A stretch of DNA of 64,000 nt, from contig NC_042998.1 in assembly GCF_006345805.1 (NCBI RefSeq), forward strand, positions 167,896,001-167,960,000, given 5' to 3'. The notes under the pieces are model-generated. The model worked only from the letters and a program-made list of their open reading frames with translations. It did not search any database and was not told where the DNA came from. The translations under genes were made by a program, and so were the position numbers. Each line of letters starts with the position of its first letter. Position 1 is the first letter of the stretch. The stretch comes from Octopus sinensis (taxonomy: Eukaryota). Of this stretch, positions 51,151 to 64,000 are shown piece after piece.

Positions 51151-51354
51151 TATACACACACACACACACACACATACACAAATACACACACACACACGCG
51201 CGCACACACAAAATTTAAAACATGACAAAGGAACAGGAATTACGTCAGCACCTTCATTGGCTTACAGCTGTTTCTGCCCTAAGTCGCAGTGCCCTGAGAC
51301 CTGAGTCTTTGTGTATTAATCATACACACACACACACACAAACACAAATTTTGG

Positions 51355-51963
51355 CTAACCTTTGCAGAAGGAGTGCAAAATTTACTTGGGAAACACATAA
51401 GTGAAAACTATAAAGACCTTGTTACCAACTTGATATCAACTTTTCGTGATATTGGCACGAATATGAGCATCAAAACGCATTATCTTTTTAATCATCTTGA
51501 TTTTTTTCCTGAAAATCTCGGAGATGTTAGCGATGAACAAAGCGAGCGATTCCATCGGGGCATCAAGGAGATGGAAACTTGGTACCAAAGACGTTGGGAC
51601 GCTGTGATGATCGCAGACTATTGCTGGTGTTTAAAATAGGTACTCCTGTTGCTCGACATTCATGGTACACTAAGAAGCGCAAATTTATTGCTTGAATTTT
51701 CTGCCAAAAATCTTAACCAATGTGCATTTTCAGTTTTTAATTTTCATTTGTACTTCGTTTTGTTTTGCGTTTGGCTTTCTTTATTGAATCATACTATATG
51801 CCTCTTGTATGAATAAAACACTTACTCTATCAGGTTTAGTCACAAAACTAGATCTGATAGAGAAAAGCTGAAGTTATTTTAAAAATTTTAGCAGGTAAAA
51901 TCACTTAAGAATTCGTTGAAATATTTAAGGCACCAGACAAAAAAATATTTTTGTTGTCCAGTT
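51355..51963 (+). mobile_element. CMC/Chapaev3-like DNA transposon 3' fragment
   Basis: ORF 51373-51639 MSIKTHYLFNHLDFFPENLGDVSDEQSERFH..W...MIADYCW matches a motif I associate with Chapaev3 transposases; putative terminus ttttgttgtccagt. Confidence 0.6.
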
Positions 51964-52045
51964 TAATTGAAAGCGTGTAAATATTGGGTGAAAAAGAACC
52001 CCATAGACAGTAAATATCAAACCCCACATCGTCATCAAACATGAC

Positions 52046-52078
<33 letters not shown>

Positions 52079-52367
52079 TGTATGTATGTATGTATGTATA
52101 AGTGTATGTGCGTGAATACATGTACACACACACACATATATATATTTTGATACTTTCAAATGTATATTTATGTGTAGAGACATACACATATACACGTAAT
52201 TAGAATACTAATTTCGTAATTTGTTGATCAATAAACGATCAGGCTACAATTTCTTTATTCAACGCAAGCATTCACAAAAGAAACTTGTACACCTGTTTCT
52301 CTGTCAAACAAAACACAGATCAACGTGTTGTTGCTATACAACATAGAACTGAATTTAGACTTGAATT

Positions 52368-52638
52368 TATTCTTTATTCTTTTACTTGTTTCAGTCATTT
52401 TATTGCGACCAAGCTGGAGCACCGCCTTTGAAGGCTTTTTAGCCGAAGAAATTGAACCCAGGACCTATTGTTTGTAAGCCTAGTATTTATTCTGTCGGCC
52501 ACATTTTCCGAACAGCTAAGTTACGGGGACATAAACACACCAACATCAGTGGTCAAGTTATGGTGCGGTGGAGGGACAAACACAGACACAAAAACATACA
52601 CACATAAATATATACATATATATATATAGTGTGTATAT

Positions 52639-52687
<49 letters not shown>

Positions 52688-52995
52688 TATATATATATTA
52701 TATATATATATATATTGTTGGCATCCGTTTTGTCTCGGGAGACAATGGAGTTGCGCATAAAGTAGTCTAGTCCGGCTTCTCCTCAATAGAACCATATATA
52801 TATATACATATATATATACACATACATATACATATATATATACACGACAAGGTTCTTTATATTTCCGCGTACCAAATCCATTCGCAAGGCCTTGGTCGAC
52901 CCGAGGCTTTAGTAGAAGACACTTGCCCAAGGTTTCACACAGAGGGATTGAACCTGGAACCATGTGGCTAGAAAGCAAGCTTCTTACCACGCACC
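52368..52995 (-). mobile_element. SINE family B with long internal (TA)n
   Basis: Tail 52368-52600, head 52840-52995. Confidence 0.8.
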
Positions 52996-53703
52996 CATAT
53001 TTTGGAGCATTTCGAATTTACTTTAAAGATTACCCCCACTCCATTATTTTACCTATTTCCCTATTTATGCAATTTTCTTTCTTTTAGTTAGCAATTATAA
53101 ATTTTAATCGTTGATCTGAGAAGAAAAAAAAAGACGTTTTTTATATACATGGCCAAAAAAAAAAAAAACAAATCAATAACTTGACACATTTATTTGACTG
53201 TATAACATTTGACTAACACTTAGCCCCTTTCTAGGGCGTATAATAATGGTTTCTATATATATATCACCTGCTGATCCAATTAAAGCTATTATCGATTGCA
53301 ATGTGTTTTACACAGAAATACGATGTTTGCAAACCCACTATTATGAAAATAATCTAGAATGTTAGCAACGCTTACTAACATGAAACTAGAGATAAACAAT
53401 TGCTCCTGGAACAAATTCCCTTGGCATGCCGTTTTTAACACACGCGCGCGCATAGAGGTTGATTTGTTGGTGTGTCAGTGAGAGAACGTTCTGCTATTTT
53501 CTCTCGGTCTCTGAGCCGTCAGCTCAAATGACGCCGAGGTAAAATTTACTTTACACTCTTTCAGGGTTAGTAAACGAAATACAATCCCGGTGCACTACTG
53601 ATCCCTCACTTTGCAGCTGCTACCTCCTTGTTGCTTAGCTAGAACAAGCTTATGAGAGTCAAGAAACATGCCGCACACTAAGAGCAAAATATACTCGTTG
53701 ACG

Positions 53704-53828
53704 CGTGACAGCTGTTTATATATCTATGGATAAGTATCTTTTCTTTGAGAGCAAGTGTCCTCTGTTATTAGCCCTGGGTCACCCGAACCTTGTGGGTGAG
53801 TTTGGTTTACGGAAACTATTGGAAAGCC

Positions 53829-53879
<51 letters not shown>

Positions 53880-54055
53880 TGCTTGTTTGTTCCTACACCC
53901 ACCGCTAGTTCGTTTGCGTCCACATAACTTAATAGTTAGATACCGACAGAATAAATACCAGGCTTAAATAGTAAGTACTGGGTCAATTTGTTCGACTAAA
54001 CCCTTCAAGACGGCGCCTCAGCATGGCCGCAGTCCAATGACTGAAACTAGTAAAA
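53704..54055 (+). mobile_element. SINE family B, old copy
   Basis: ccttgtgggtgagtttggtt..(TG)n..gcatggccgcagtccaatgactgaaac. Confidence 0.7.
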
Positions 54056-54184
54056 CATACATCTCTCTATTGGTCTGTCTGTCTTTCTGTCTTTCTCTCT
54101 CTCTCTCTCTCACTCTCTCTGTATGTAAATATTTATATATATTTACACACACATATACATATATATACATACATACACATATTA

Positions 54185-54215
<31 letters not shown>

Positions 54216-54334
54216 TGTATGTATGTATGTATGTATGTATGTATGTACGTACGTAACAGCATATCAGTATTCGGTTGAAAAACACCTTTTGAATAAACAA
54301 ATTCGAAGGTTGACCAAAAGGGTTTTATAGCACA

Positions 54335-54562
54335 CTATTTACATGGAAACGGAAAAAATATGAATTCTGTTAACGAGGTCAGAACAGTACTGGAGGAGTA
54401 TTTTTCGTCACGGACAAGTGAATTTTGGAAGAGGGGTCTTGCAAGTCTACCGGATAGAAGAAAGAGCATTTTAGAAAATTGAAGGAGAGTATATTTTATC
54501 TTAATTTTTAAAGATAAAATAAGTATTTAAAAAACTGCATTATTTATGGGATGACCCAATAT
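54335..54562 (+). mobile_element. Mariner 3' end fragment
   Basis: NSVNEVRTVLEEYFSSRTSEFWKRGLASLPDR, then TIR-like tttatgggatgacccaata-TA. Confidence 0.75.
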
Positions 54563-55029
54563 ATATATTACATAAAGGCAGTACAATGCCTAACTTCCAC
54601 TGCAGGATTGAATGTGCACTTGTGAACAGACATAATCCATCAACACGTCTGAAAATTACTCTTCTCTTTGAATAGTTTCGTTCTGTTTTGCTTCAGATAT
54701 GTCGATTACTTGTGTTCGCTAAGTAACATCGTTTGTTTCTGGTGATTGTAATATGTATTGTATTTCAAAAGTTAACCCTTTCAAATATTGTCAGTAGAAT
54801 AGATGTCTTAAAGAATTTAGTAAGCTGTCTTATGAAGGAAAGTAGCTTTTGATTAAAAACGGTAAGTCGACACCTGAACAGAAGCTGTGTAAATTTACAA
54901 CTATAATTAGAAACCACGGAAAAAAAGGATATAATAAAAAATAAAAAATAAAAGAATATAAAGAAAAAAAGAAAATTGAGACGGTAGTAATTGTCTGGTG
55001 TTGGTTGTAATATTCAAAAGTAGACAAAG

Positions 55030-55230
55030 GTGGTGAGCTGGGAGAATCGTTAACACACCGGACAAAATGCTCAGCAGCACTTAGTCCGTCCTTACATTCT
55101 GAGCTCAAATTTCATTGAGGTGAACTTTGCCTTACACCCTTTGAGGTCTTTAAAATATTAGTTGAGCTCTATGTTCGATGTAATCGATTAGCTATCTTCC
55201 GCCAAATTCCAGGCCTGGCGTCTATAGTCA
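55030..55230 (+). mobile_element. SINE family A, old copy
   Basis: ggtggtgagctgggagaatcgtta...gagctcaaatt. Confidence 0.6.
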
Positions 55231-55480
55231 AAAGATATATTAAAAAAACGACGTCTTTGTTTCTCATGCTTGTTTTTTTTTTTTTCTGGTGAGAGTATAT
55301 GGCAAGAAACGGGTGTTATGGTGTAAATAATTTGTTTAAATGATCTTTAAATAAACGCAAGAAAATCCCCTTGCAGTGGTGATACACATACATCTTCAAG
55401 TTGTGAATATTGCATATAAAATATACAGCAGGTGTTTACTATACAGTGTTTTCCATACTGTGAATCAGGTTAATACAGAG

Positions 55481-55640
<160 letters not shown>

Positions 55641-55645
55641 TAACA

Positions 55646-56545
55646 ATTGGCTCTCATGGCTTCTGATCTTAACTGATTGAAAGTGTTATCATGTACATTG
55701 TTTTGTCTTGGTATAAAAGATGGGCTACAGCAAATATTCTGCTCAATACCACAGATTTGTTTGTCAGTTGTTTGACCTTAACCAGTTGAGCATGTCCCTT
55801 AGTGGCTGATGGTAGGTGCATCTCTGATCACGAGCAGAAGTAGTGGGGAGCATCATAGTCATGTGTTGAGAGGGATTCTTTGGGGTTTGAATAATTCACC
55901 TCTGGAAACATGGGTGTTTCGTTCAACATTCTTAAACAACCCTTATTCAGGGACCTTTTGAGCAGAATGGGTTACTCGAACAGAAGAAAATTTTAACTAG
56001 GCCCCCACCTGCAAGGTCATGTGCTGTTTATCTTGATATGAAATGATGTCGTGCACATATGGTTGTGATGCATGTGCCTGGTGTACCCTTATCAGACGGG
56101 TAGTCATGATGGGTATACTGGGCTTCGTATATTTTACCCCAGTGTCACTTTAATGGCTTGCGCTGCTCTCTCACTCAATAATAATAATAATAATAAATGT
56201 CCTGATGCAGTACGAGGCAGTGACTCTCATGGTCTTTGATATTGGCTGACTGGAAGTGTTATCATGTATATGTTTTGTCTTGGTATGTAAAGATGAGCTA
56301 CAACAAATATTCTGCTTAATACTACAGATTTGCTCATCAGCTGCTTGACCTTAAACCAGTTGAGCATGTTCCTTAGTCGCTCACGACATGTGCATTTCTG
56401 ATCACAAGCAGAAGTAGCAAGGGAACATCATAGACATGTGTTGAGAGGAATTCCTTGGAAGAATTCGTTTGAATTCTTTGGGAGGAATTCATTTGAATAA
56501 TTCACCCCAGGAAACATGGGGGCTGCGTTCATCATCCTCAAATGG
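55646..56545 (+). mobile_element. Two tandem copies of a ~530-bp repeat with (AAT)n tail (non-LTR 3' end or SINE-like)
   Basis: 55646-56196 ends cactcaataataataat; 56197-56545 is a diverged, truncated copy (ctctcatgg..gaagtgttatcatgta..). Confidence 0.6.
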
Positions 56546-56893
56546 ATATTTAGAGCGATAGTCAAGAAACTTCTTGAATGTAAGACATATTGTTTTGTTT
56601 TTTGCATATTATGAATAACTATATCTAAGCTCTTAGAAAAATTAACAATATAATTGGCTAAATTTTGGGCGAATTTTGACTTTAGCTGAAATAAACACAG
56701 CAGCTAGAAAGCTTCTTAAATTGGTTGTTAACCTCGACCTAATATAGTTTGAGCTGGGGGAATTGGATGCTCTCTGGTCTTCTAGATTATTTTATTTCAT
56801 TTTTCTTCGTTAGTGCCTTCTACTTCTACCCTTCACTCGCCACCAATTCATTTTGTATGGTTTAGTTTTGTGATGGCATTCATTCTTTTCATG

Positions 56894-57198
56894 CGCCCTT
56901 TTCAAGCCTAGCTAGGCTCATGGGCCCGGTTTCCCGGTTTCTATGGCGTATGTGCCCCCCCCCCCAGCTGAACGGGACGCCAGTCAATCGCAGCGTTACT
57001 CAAGAAACAAGAAGAAAGAGTGAGAGAAAGTTGGGGCGAAAGAGTACAACAGGGATCGCCACCACCCCCTGCCGGAGCCTCGTGGAACTTTAGGTGTTTT
57101 TGCTCAATAAACACACATAACGCCCGGTCTGGGAATCGAAACCGTGATCCTCCGACCGCGAGTCCGCTGCCCTAACCACCAGGTCATTGCCCCTCCAC
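56894..57198 (-). mobile_element. SINE family C (head B + tail Y)
   Basis: Head homologous to 15039; tail gtaacgctgcgattgactggcgtccc..gaaaccgggccc homologous to 4164-4373. Confidence 0.85.
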
Positions 57199-57786
57199 AT
57201 GGTATTCATTAGGCGTGCTTATTTATCCATTCCACAGCAGCGCTACTGATGACTAAAAGCAGGATGGGGAGAGAGAGAGAGACTGGGAGCGATGTAGAAA
57301 CAAAGAGAGGAGAGAAAAGGGAGAAATGGATTTTTTTGTAACTATTACGATTTCGACCTATTCCAACATTTGCAAACACAACTTCTCTTTCAACCCCTCC
57401 ATCCCTTTCCCCTTACCTTTCCCACCGGTCACCCCCGCCTCTACCGCCATACACAATCACGCTACAAGTACAGCAACACCGTTACCAACCTCCGCTGCCA
57501 TAATATTTATAGCTTGACAGCAAGTGAAACTAATCTGAAACCTTTGCTCTTTAACCCCGTTTAATTAACCATAAACGAAGCAGATGGCCAGAACATGTAG
57601 ACTACACTTTTTTTCTCTGTTTCAATAACGTAGTAGTAAAGCTTAACGATGCAACAACGAACCAGATTTCGTTTGTATGTTGCTTTTACTTGAAATCGTA
57701 TCTAACATTTGTTAATTGTTCCTATTCGTTTTTCTACCTTTGTACTTTCTTCTTTGTTTCATTAATATTTCTCCTTTTCAATTCCG

Positions 57787-57925
57787 CAAACAAAAGCTTT
57801 TTTTAACGCTTGAAACGTTAAACCCCTCTTCTTTCTTTCTTTCCTGAGCGTCCAATAATACTATATTTGTTCCACGTCCTCGCCTTGTTGTGTTTTTTTT
57901 TTTGCTTTCATGTTTGGATTAACTT
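57787..57925 (+). mobile_element. Penelope-like tail with decayed HHR (inverted homologue of 58435-58570)
   Basis: GAAACGTTaaa...ctttcctgagcgtccaataa...tttggattaact shared. Confidence 0.65.
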
Positions 57926-58044
57926 TATATATATATATATATATATATATACAGGGTGGGGAAGCAAAATTTACAATGAACGTTAGGTTTTTTTCTCAGA
58001 TGACTGAAACAAGTAAAAGTGTAAAAGAGTACAAGAGATCATAG

Positions 58045-58197
58045 ATAAGGAGTTTGCAAATCCAATGCCCAAGATACACTTTCAGCTTCATACTCAACAT
58101 TATTAGAGCAACAGGATACATACCAACCCGTCTGGAGCAAAGCATGGCTGAACTTGGAATCATAGGGACAGAATGCAAATACTTAATTCATTCATAA
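58045..58197 (+). pseudogene. REL-type non-LTR retrotransposon C-terminal fragment
   Basis: IRSLQIQCPRYTFSFILNIIRATGYIPTRLEQSMAELG..KYLI (cf. F.PIIIGA.G.IP..L...L..LG). Confidence 0.55.
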
Positions 58198-58200
58198 GCT

Positions 58201-58280
58201 TCACGACATCTGGGGCTTGAAAAGATGATCACGACATCTGGGGCTCGAAAGGATGATCACGACATCTGGGGCTTGAAAAA
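58201..58280. repeat. 28-bp tandem repeat x~3
   Basis: tcacgacatctggggcttgaaaagatga. Confidence 0.9.
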
Positions 58281-58531
58281 AATCTGTAAGACCTTAGGAT
58301 TTAACGGATGACGGTTATATCATGAATTATTCCTTCACAACCTTGCCACCAAGTTGATGGCCAGTTAAAATTTACTCTAAATTTAAAAGAGACAGGAGAC
58401 ATACATACACACATACATACATGCATACATACATAGTTAATCCAAACACGAACAAAGAGAAAACACAACAACGCCAGGACGTGGAACAAGTATAGTGTTA
58501 TTGGACGCTCAGGAAAGGAAAGAAAGAATGA

Positions 58532-58570
58532 ATATTTAACGTTTCGAGCGGAGCTCTTCGTCAGAAACAT
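58532..58570 (-). ncRNA. Minimal type I hammerhead ribozyme (extra A after core; palindromic stem III)
   Basis: Minus: AUGUUU-CUGACGA-A-GAGC UCC GCUC-GAAAC GUU^AAAUAU. Stem I 6 bp (1 G.U), stem II 4 bp, ACGU palindrome. Confidence 0.7.
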
Positions 58571-58811
58571 AGAAAAAGAAAAGGTCTAAGGAAGGGAAAT
58601 CGGAGAAAGAAAATCGCCAACATTACACACGTGGTATGCATGCATGCATACATACATACATACATACATACATACATACATACATACATACATACATACA
58701 TACATACATACATACATACATACACACACACACATTGTTTCATCGTTTTCTTCCTTTTACTGATTATAGTCACTTAAATGTATACATAATGGGGTACTGC
58801 CGTATTAGATA

Positions 58812-59045
58812 TATATTTCTTTATTGCCCACAAGGGGCTAAACATAGAAAGGACAAACAAGGACAGACAAAGGGATAAAGTCGATTATATCGACTCCAGT
58901 GCGTAACTGGTACTTAATTTATCGACCCCGAAAGGATGAAAGGCAAAGTCGACCTCGGCAGAATTTGAACCCAGAACGTAACGGCAGACGAAATACGGCT
59001 ACGCATTTTGCCCAGCGTGCTAACGTTTCTGCCAGCTCGCCGCTT
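58812..59045 (-). mobile_element. SINE family A
   Basis: Near-consensus. Confidence 0.9.
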
Positions 59046-59621
59046 TCTGCCGTATTAGATATAGTCGATCATACTGACACTAATTGTTGTCTTATACTTG
59101 TACTTATTTTATTTATGTCTAATTATCGAACCGCAAGCTTAAGAGACAGGAAAGAGCACAACAGAACTACATGATATTTTAAGATCGTAAACATGATCAT
59201 AAACATGCATACACCTATACTCACACACACACACACACACACACATAAAAAGAGACAGACAAACAGACAGACAGATAGAGACAGAGAGGTGTATGTGGGT
59301 GTACCCGTTGCTTATCATTAAAAAGAAATGGTATGCAATACCAAATCATTTCAAAAGCATTATACAATGGAATTACTGAGTTGAATACATATCATTGAGC
59401 AAATATGTTTTAGAACATGCTTCACGAGTTAATAAATTAATTCTATTTATTTTTCACGAGACTAGCGCATGACAGATTCTAATTATTATGAATTTCTATA
59501 GATTCTTTTGTTTTTTTAACTTTATAGATAAGACACGGTCTTACATATATGTTTTTCTTTCTCTCTCTCTCTTTTATATTGTGACTCTCATGCATTGTTA
59601 TATCTATCGTTTATCTTTTAT

Positions 59622-59953
59622 CTTTTGCTTGTTTCAGTCATTGTCTCCGGCCACGCTGGAGCACCGCCTTGAAGGATTTTAGTCGAACAAATTAACCCCT
59701 GGGCTTTTTTTTAACATCGGTACTTATTCTATCGGTGCTTTTGCCGAACCTCTAAGTTACCGGTTGTCAAGCGGATGATAGGAAAGCCTTCTTTTTTCTG
59801 TCAAGGGCTTATATGCCTCTTTATTAGACTATTTCCTTTGTCAATACACGGGGATCGCCATAAGCTTTAAGCTTATATAAAAAATACCATTAGTATTATT
59901 TACAGGATTGTAAATCACGGCGCCGTAATAAAAAACCCATTCGCATATATATG

Positions 59954-60000
<47 letters not shown>

Positions 60001-60200
60001 GCGCGCGCGCATGCATATACATATATACGACCGGCTTCTTTCAGCTACTGTCTACCAAATCCGCTCACAAGGCTTTGGTCGGTCCCAAGCTGTAGTAGAA
60101 GACACTTGCCTAAGGTGCCACGCAGTGGGATTGAACCACAGAAGCCATGTGATTGGGAAACAAGCTTCTTACCACAAAACCACCTTCTTACCACCCCTGC
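59622..60200 (-). mobile_element. SINE family B interrupted by ~200 bp other sequence
   Basis: Tail 59622-59775, head 60020-60200. Confidence 0.7.
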
Positions 60201-60572
60201 GGCTATATCCATATTTTAGTTTCGTCTAGTAGGTAGATTTCTAAAAAAGAAAAAAAACCCACAAAAAAAAAAATAAAATTGAATTAAAAATAGATTTATA
60301 AGGCTAAGAAAATATGAACAGAGCTAACGTGTTCTGTAGATCCCTTTTGATATTTCTTCACTGAATTCACTTCTATATCATAGGATCTCTTTTACTCGGC
60401 GAAGTTAGGGTGCTTTTGAATTCGAAGCGCAAGTATCTTCCGAATTCTTTCGTAGGCTTTGTTTTGATACTAAACTTGATATTATCGCTGAGATTTGATA
60501 AGGAAAAATATTTTACTTGATACTCAATATTGCACGCTCGAAATAAGTGCAACACCCCAATTATACATAAAT

Positions 60573-60651
<79 letters not shown>

Positions 60652-61088
60652 TACACACACACACGCACATACACACACATGTCCATATTCATACTTGCAT
60701 ACATGCACGCAAATGCATACATAGACACAAACCCCAACATACATACATATCCCTGCATACACAGATACATACTTGTACACACACACACTCGCTCATTTCT
60801 CTCTCTCTCTCTCTCTTTCACTCACACACACACACACTCTCTCTTTCTCTCTCTTTTTCACACAAAACACACACATTTTTATATATGCATATATACATAA
60901 ATGCACAAATAAATACATTTGCCCAACGTATTCCGCTGTCCCACACTAATTCGATGTTAGATGGAGATGAACGTTAAGAATGTTGATAAACTATGAATTA
61001 ACAGTTATACTTGTAATGTAAACACGAAGTTTTAAAAATCTTGATATCAATTTTTCATTCTCGAATTAGTGTTTCCAAATGTACAGAC

Positions 61089-61132
<44 letters not shown>

Positions 61133-61378
61133 ATTGAAGAAATTGGAGTCAACAAGAAAGTGTACGGTTGGACTGTTATTTTTTAATCGCTACAGTTGTT
61201 TCGACGCAACGTAGTTCTCCAAGAATACAGGTACTTGATTACGCAGCTGTTTGTTTGCATAATGAGATCTAGTTGTGTTTCCTCAGGCGATATGTGAGTG
61301 TTGTCTCCGTTAGTTTAAAATCGTTGACTTCAAAGGCATTACCTCCGTACTCTACCACGTTCCTAACTAAATATTCCA

Positions 61379-61522
<144 letters not shown>

Positions 61523-61628
61523 ATATATGTATATATATGTATGTATGTATATATATGTACATATAAGTATGTATGTATATATATATGTAAATTTATATAT
61601 AGAGATAGATAAAGATACAGATACAAAT

Positions 61629-61712
<84 letters not shown>

Positions 61713-61713
<1 letters not shown>

Positions 61714-61909
61714 CCAAAACGTCGTGGTGCAGCGCACTTCCACAACTTTCAAATCGAACGAAAAGGTTATTTCCATTCACGGATCGGTAAGCTAAGCTAA
61801 CTATTGACTGGAGAACGAGTAACTTTTGACTGGAGAACGAGTAACAAATGTAGACTGAGATACAGTGGTCTCAGTTTGACAGACAGAATTTCACTTTTAT
61901 TACTATAGA
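61713..61909 (-). mobile_element. Possible Helitron 5' end (second family)
   Basis: Minus a|TCTATAGTAATAAAAGTGAAATTCTGTCTGTC resembles the 5' terminus of 2791-3185; no 3' end found. Confidence 0.4.
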
Positions 61910-62181
61910 TAACGTCATCTCTATAATTCGAAGCGTCTTATGAAATCATCATTTGGGTGTTTTTTGAGTTGAATATTTATTTTCATTCTCATAAATTTTT
62001 TTAGTGTCAAAATTTATGAAATGATTTCATTTATTACTGTACACTGTCCCATAATGCATTGTATCACAGGAGAACAAGTGAAAATATCAAATATTTATTG
62101 AATTTTTAAAATAATACATTGGATCGCCATTAATATACAAGTCTATGAACAAATTTCAGTTCGACAATGCAACTAAATTAA

Positions 62182-62506
62182 CTGGTACTCCGTCTGTTAC
62201 AACGATGACAGTTCTAGTCGATCCGACCAAAGGAACCAAAGGAACATATTGCTCGTGGAAGTAGCGTGTGAGTGGCTGAGCACTCCACAGATACATGTAC
62301 CCTTAACATAGTTCTCAGGGAGATTCAGCGTGACACACAATATACCATAGCTGGCCCTTTGAAATACAGGTACTTTTCATTTTTGGCAGCTGAGTGGACT
62401 AGAGCAACGTGAAATAAAGTGTTTTGCTCAAGGGCAAAACGCATCGCCCGGAATTGAACTCACATCATGAGCTGAATACTATAACCACGAAGCCACGTGC
62501 CTTCAC
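62182..62506 (-). mobile_element. SINE family C (head A + tail Z)
   Basis: Reverse complement of the 12617-type element. Confidence 0.8.
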
Positions 62507-62739
62507 GCATCTAAACAAATTATGAAAATACATAAAGCTGATGCCCCGAGAAGTATTTAGTTAGAGATAGCTGCATAGAAATATTGTGATTGAAGCATAA
62601 CTGGTTTCAGTGTTTAACTTAAAAAGAGCTATGATCGGATCAGTGACTCCTCTCATTTATTCTATTCTAGAAAATTATCAATAATTTCAAACTGTACTAG
62701 TAAAGCGCTATTTGATGACATAGGTCAAAGGTTAATAAT

Positions 62740-62966
62740 TACTCTTTTACTCTTTTACTTGTTTCAGCCATTTGACTGCGGCCATGCTGGAGCACCGCCT
62801 TTAGTCGAGCATATCGACCCCGGGACTTATTCTTTGTAAGCCCAGTACTTATTCTATCGGCCTCTTTTTCCGAACCGCTAAGTGACGGGGACGTAAACAC
62901 ACCAGCATCGGTTGTCAAGCAATGCTAGGGGGACAAACACAGACACACAAACACATACACACACAT

Positions 62967-62999
<33 letters not shown>

Positions 63000-63124
63000 C
63001 GTCTACTAAATCCACTCACAAGGCATTGGTCGGCCCGGGGCTATAGCAGAAGACACTTGCCCAAGATGCCACGGAACCATGTGGTTGATTAGCAAGATAC
63101 TTACCACACAGCCACTCCTGCGCC
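62740..63124 (-). mobile_element. SINE family B
   Basis: Near-consensus with deletions. Confidence 0.9.
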
Positions 63125-63266
63125 TATTCATTTTTTTTTTCAATGGTTGTATATTGCTAATATATTTTTTTTATGAATTTAGCAGAGAAGTTGTTTAGAA
63201 TTATTGTAGCCGCTTCCTTACCGGAAGTGCTTTTGTTTCGAAAAATTTCTCATGGCAATATATGTG

Positions 63267-63324
<58 letters not shown>

Positions 63325-63544
63325 CGTGTGTGCGTGAGTATGTGGGTGGGTGTTCATATAAAAATACATATATGCATACCTGTACACAGATACACACCCA
63401 TATAATTTCCTTTAGAGGGTAGTAACACGGGAATTTATTGTTTTAAAACTAAAATACAAGCTGATTACTATCGTTGTGAGAAAATGCCCACGCGGTCAAT
63501 GTATATTGAAGGATCATCAGTAACATCAACAACAACAATAAGGA

Positions 63545-63995
63545 TGAGTTCTTTATTAACCACAAAAGCTCATGGTAAACAAAGATAGTACAAAAGGACA
63601 GAGTACAAACATGGAAGGAGGGATTTATGAGTAAAAGAAATAGCATTTTCCTGGTTAATTTTTGCTACCATCACTGCTATGTACTCTACCAAAGCACTTC
63701 CGATTACCTCGATGTGTCTAGAGCACAACACAATCCTAATAACGTTATCCGTATATGCTGACACAGCTCTTCAATATCCTAGGTTACAAAGGATGCGCTC
63801 GAAACCTTTTATATACGCATTAGCAGCTCGACTGCCAATACATGCAGAAGGGACAAGAGGAAGCACCTTTGACAAATTGAATGGCTATTTATTCGGACCA
63901 CCGAGCAGAAACGGTTTATAGGGACAGAACCGTAACCAGCCACCCTGCAAACAGCCGCCATGTATTGATGGTCAACCCTACTGAAAACTTTCTAA
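63545..63995 (-). pseudogene. Tx1/L1-clade reverse transcriptase fragment joined to 3' tail
   Basis: KVFSRVDHQYMAAV..SVVRINSHSICQRCFLLSLLHVLAVELL..SAYTDNV..YIAVMVAKINQEN (cf. KAFDRV, RQGCPLSPLL.VL..E, AYADD, GAKIN..K). Confidence 0.8.
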
Positions 63996-64000
63996 ATTAG

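Noticed and set aside
58201-58280. CRISPR-sized 28-bp repeats
   Set aside because: The units are contiguous with no spacers, there are no cas genes, and the context is eukaryotic.

Overview
AT-rich, microsatellite-saturated animal genomic DNA with one 100-N gap (36852-36951). The interspersed repeat families look like those of Octopus (cephalopod); this is my recognition, not a database result. No intact host gene is visible, and nearly all ORF-track entries are translated microsatellites. The window consists of three to four tRNA-derived SINE families, decayed DNA transposons (mariner, Tc1, a Chapaev3-like element, hAT MITE, Helitrons), non-LTR retrotransposon fragments (REL-type, Tx1/L1, CR1/L2, RTE-like, Penelope GIY-YIG), simple repeats and several local duplications. 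The most notable signal is a set of at least five sequence-unrelated type I hammerhead ribozyme (HHR) motifs: 18.5/18.8 kb, 20.8 kb, 28.1 kb, 32.2 kb and 58.5 kb. Each can be folded by eye and sits in a fold-back or inverted-repeat structure. This points to a diverse population of Penelope-dependent, retrozyme-like self-cleaving elements. All folding was done manually, and some duplications may be long-read assembly artefacts.
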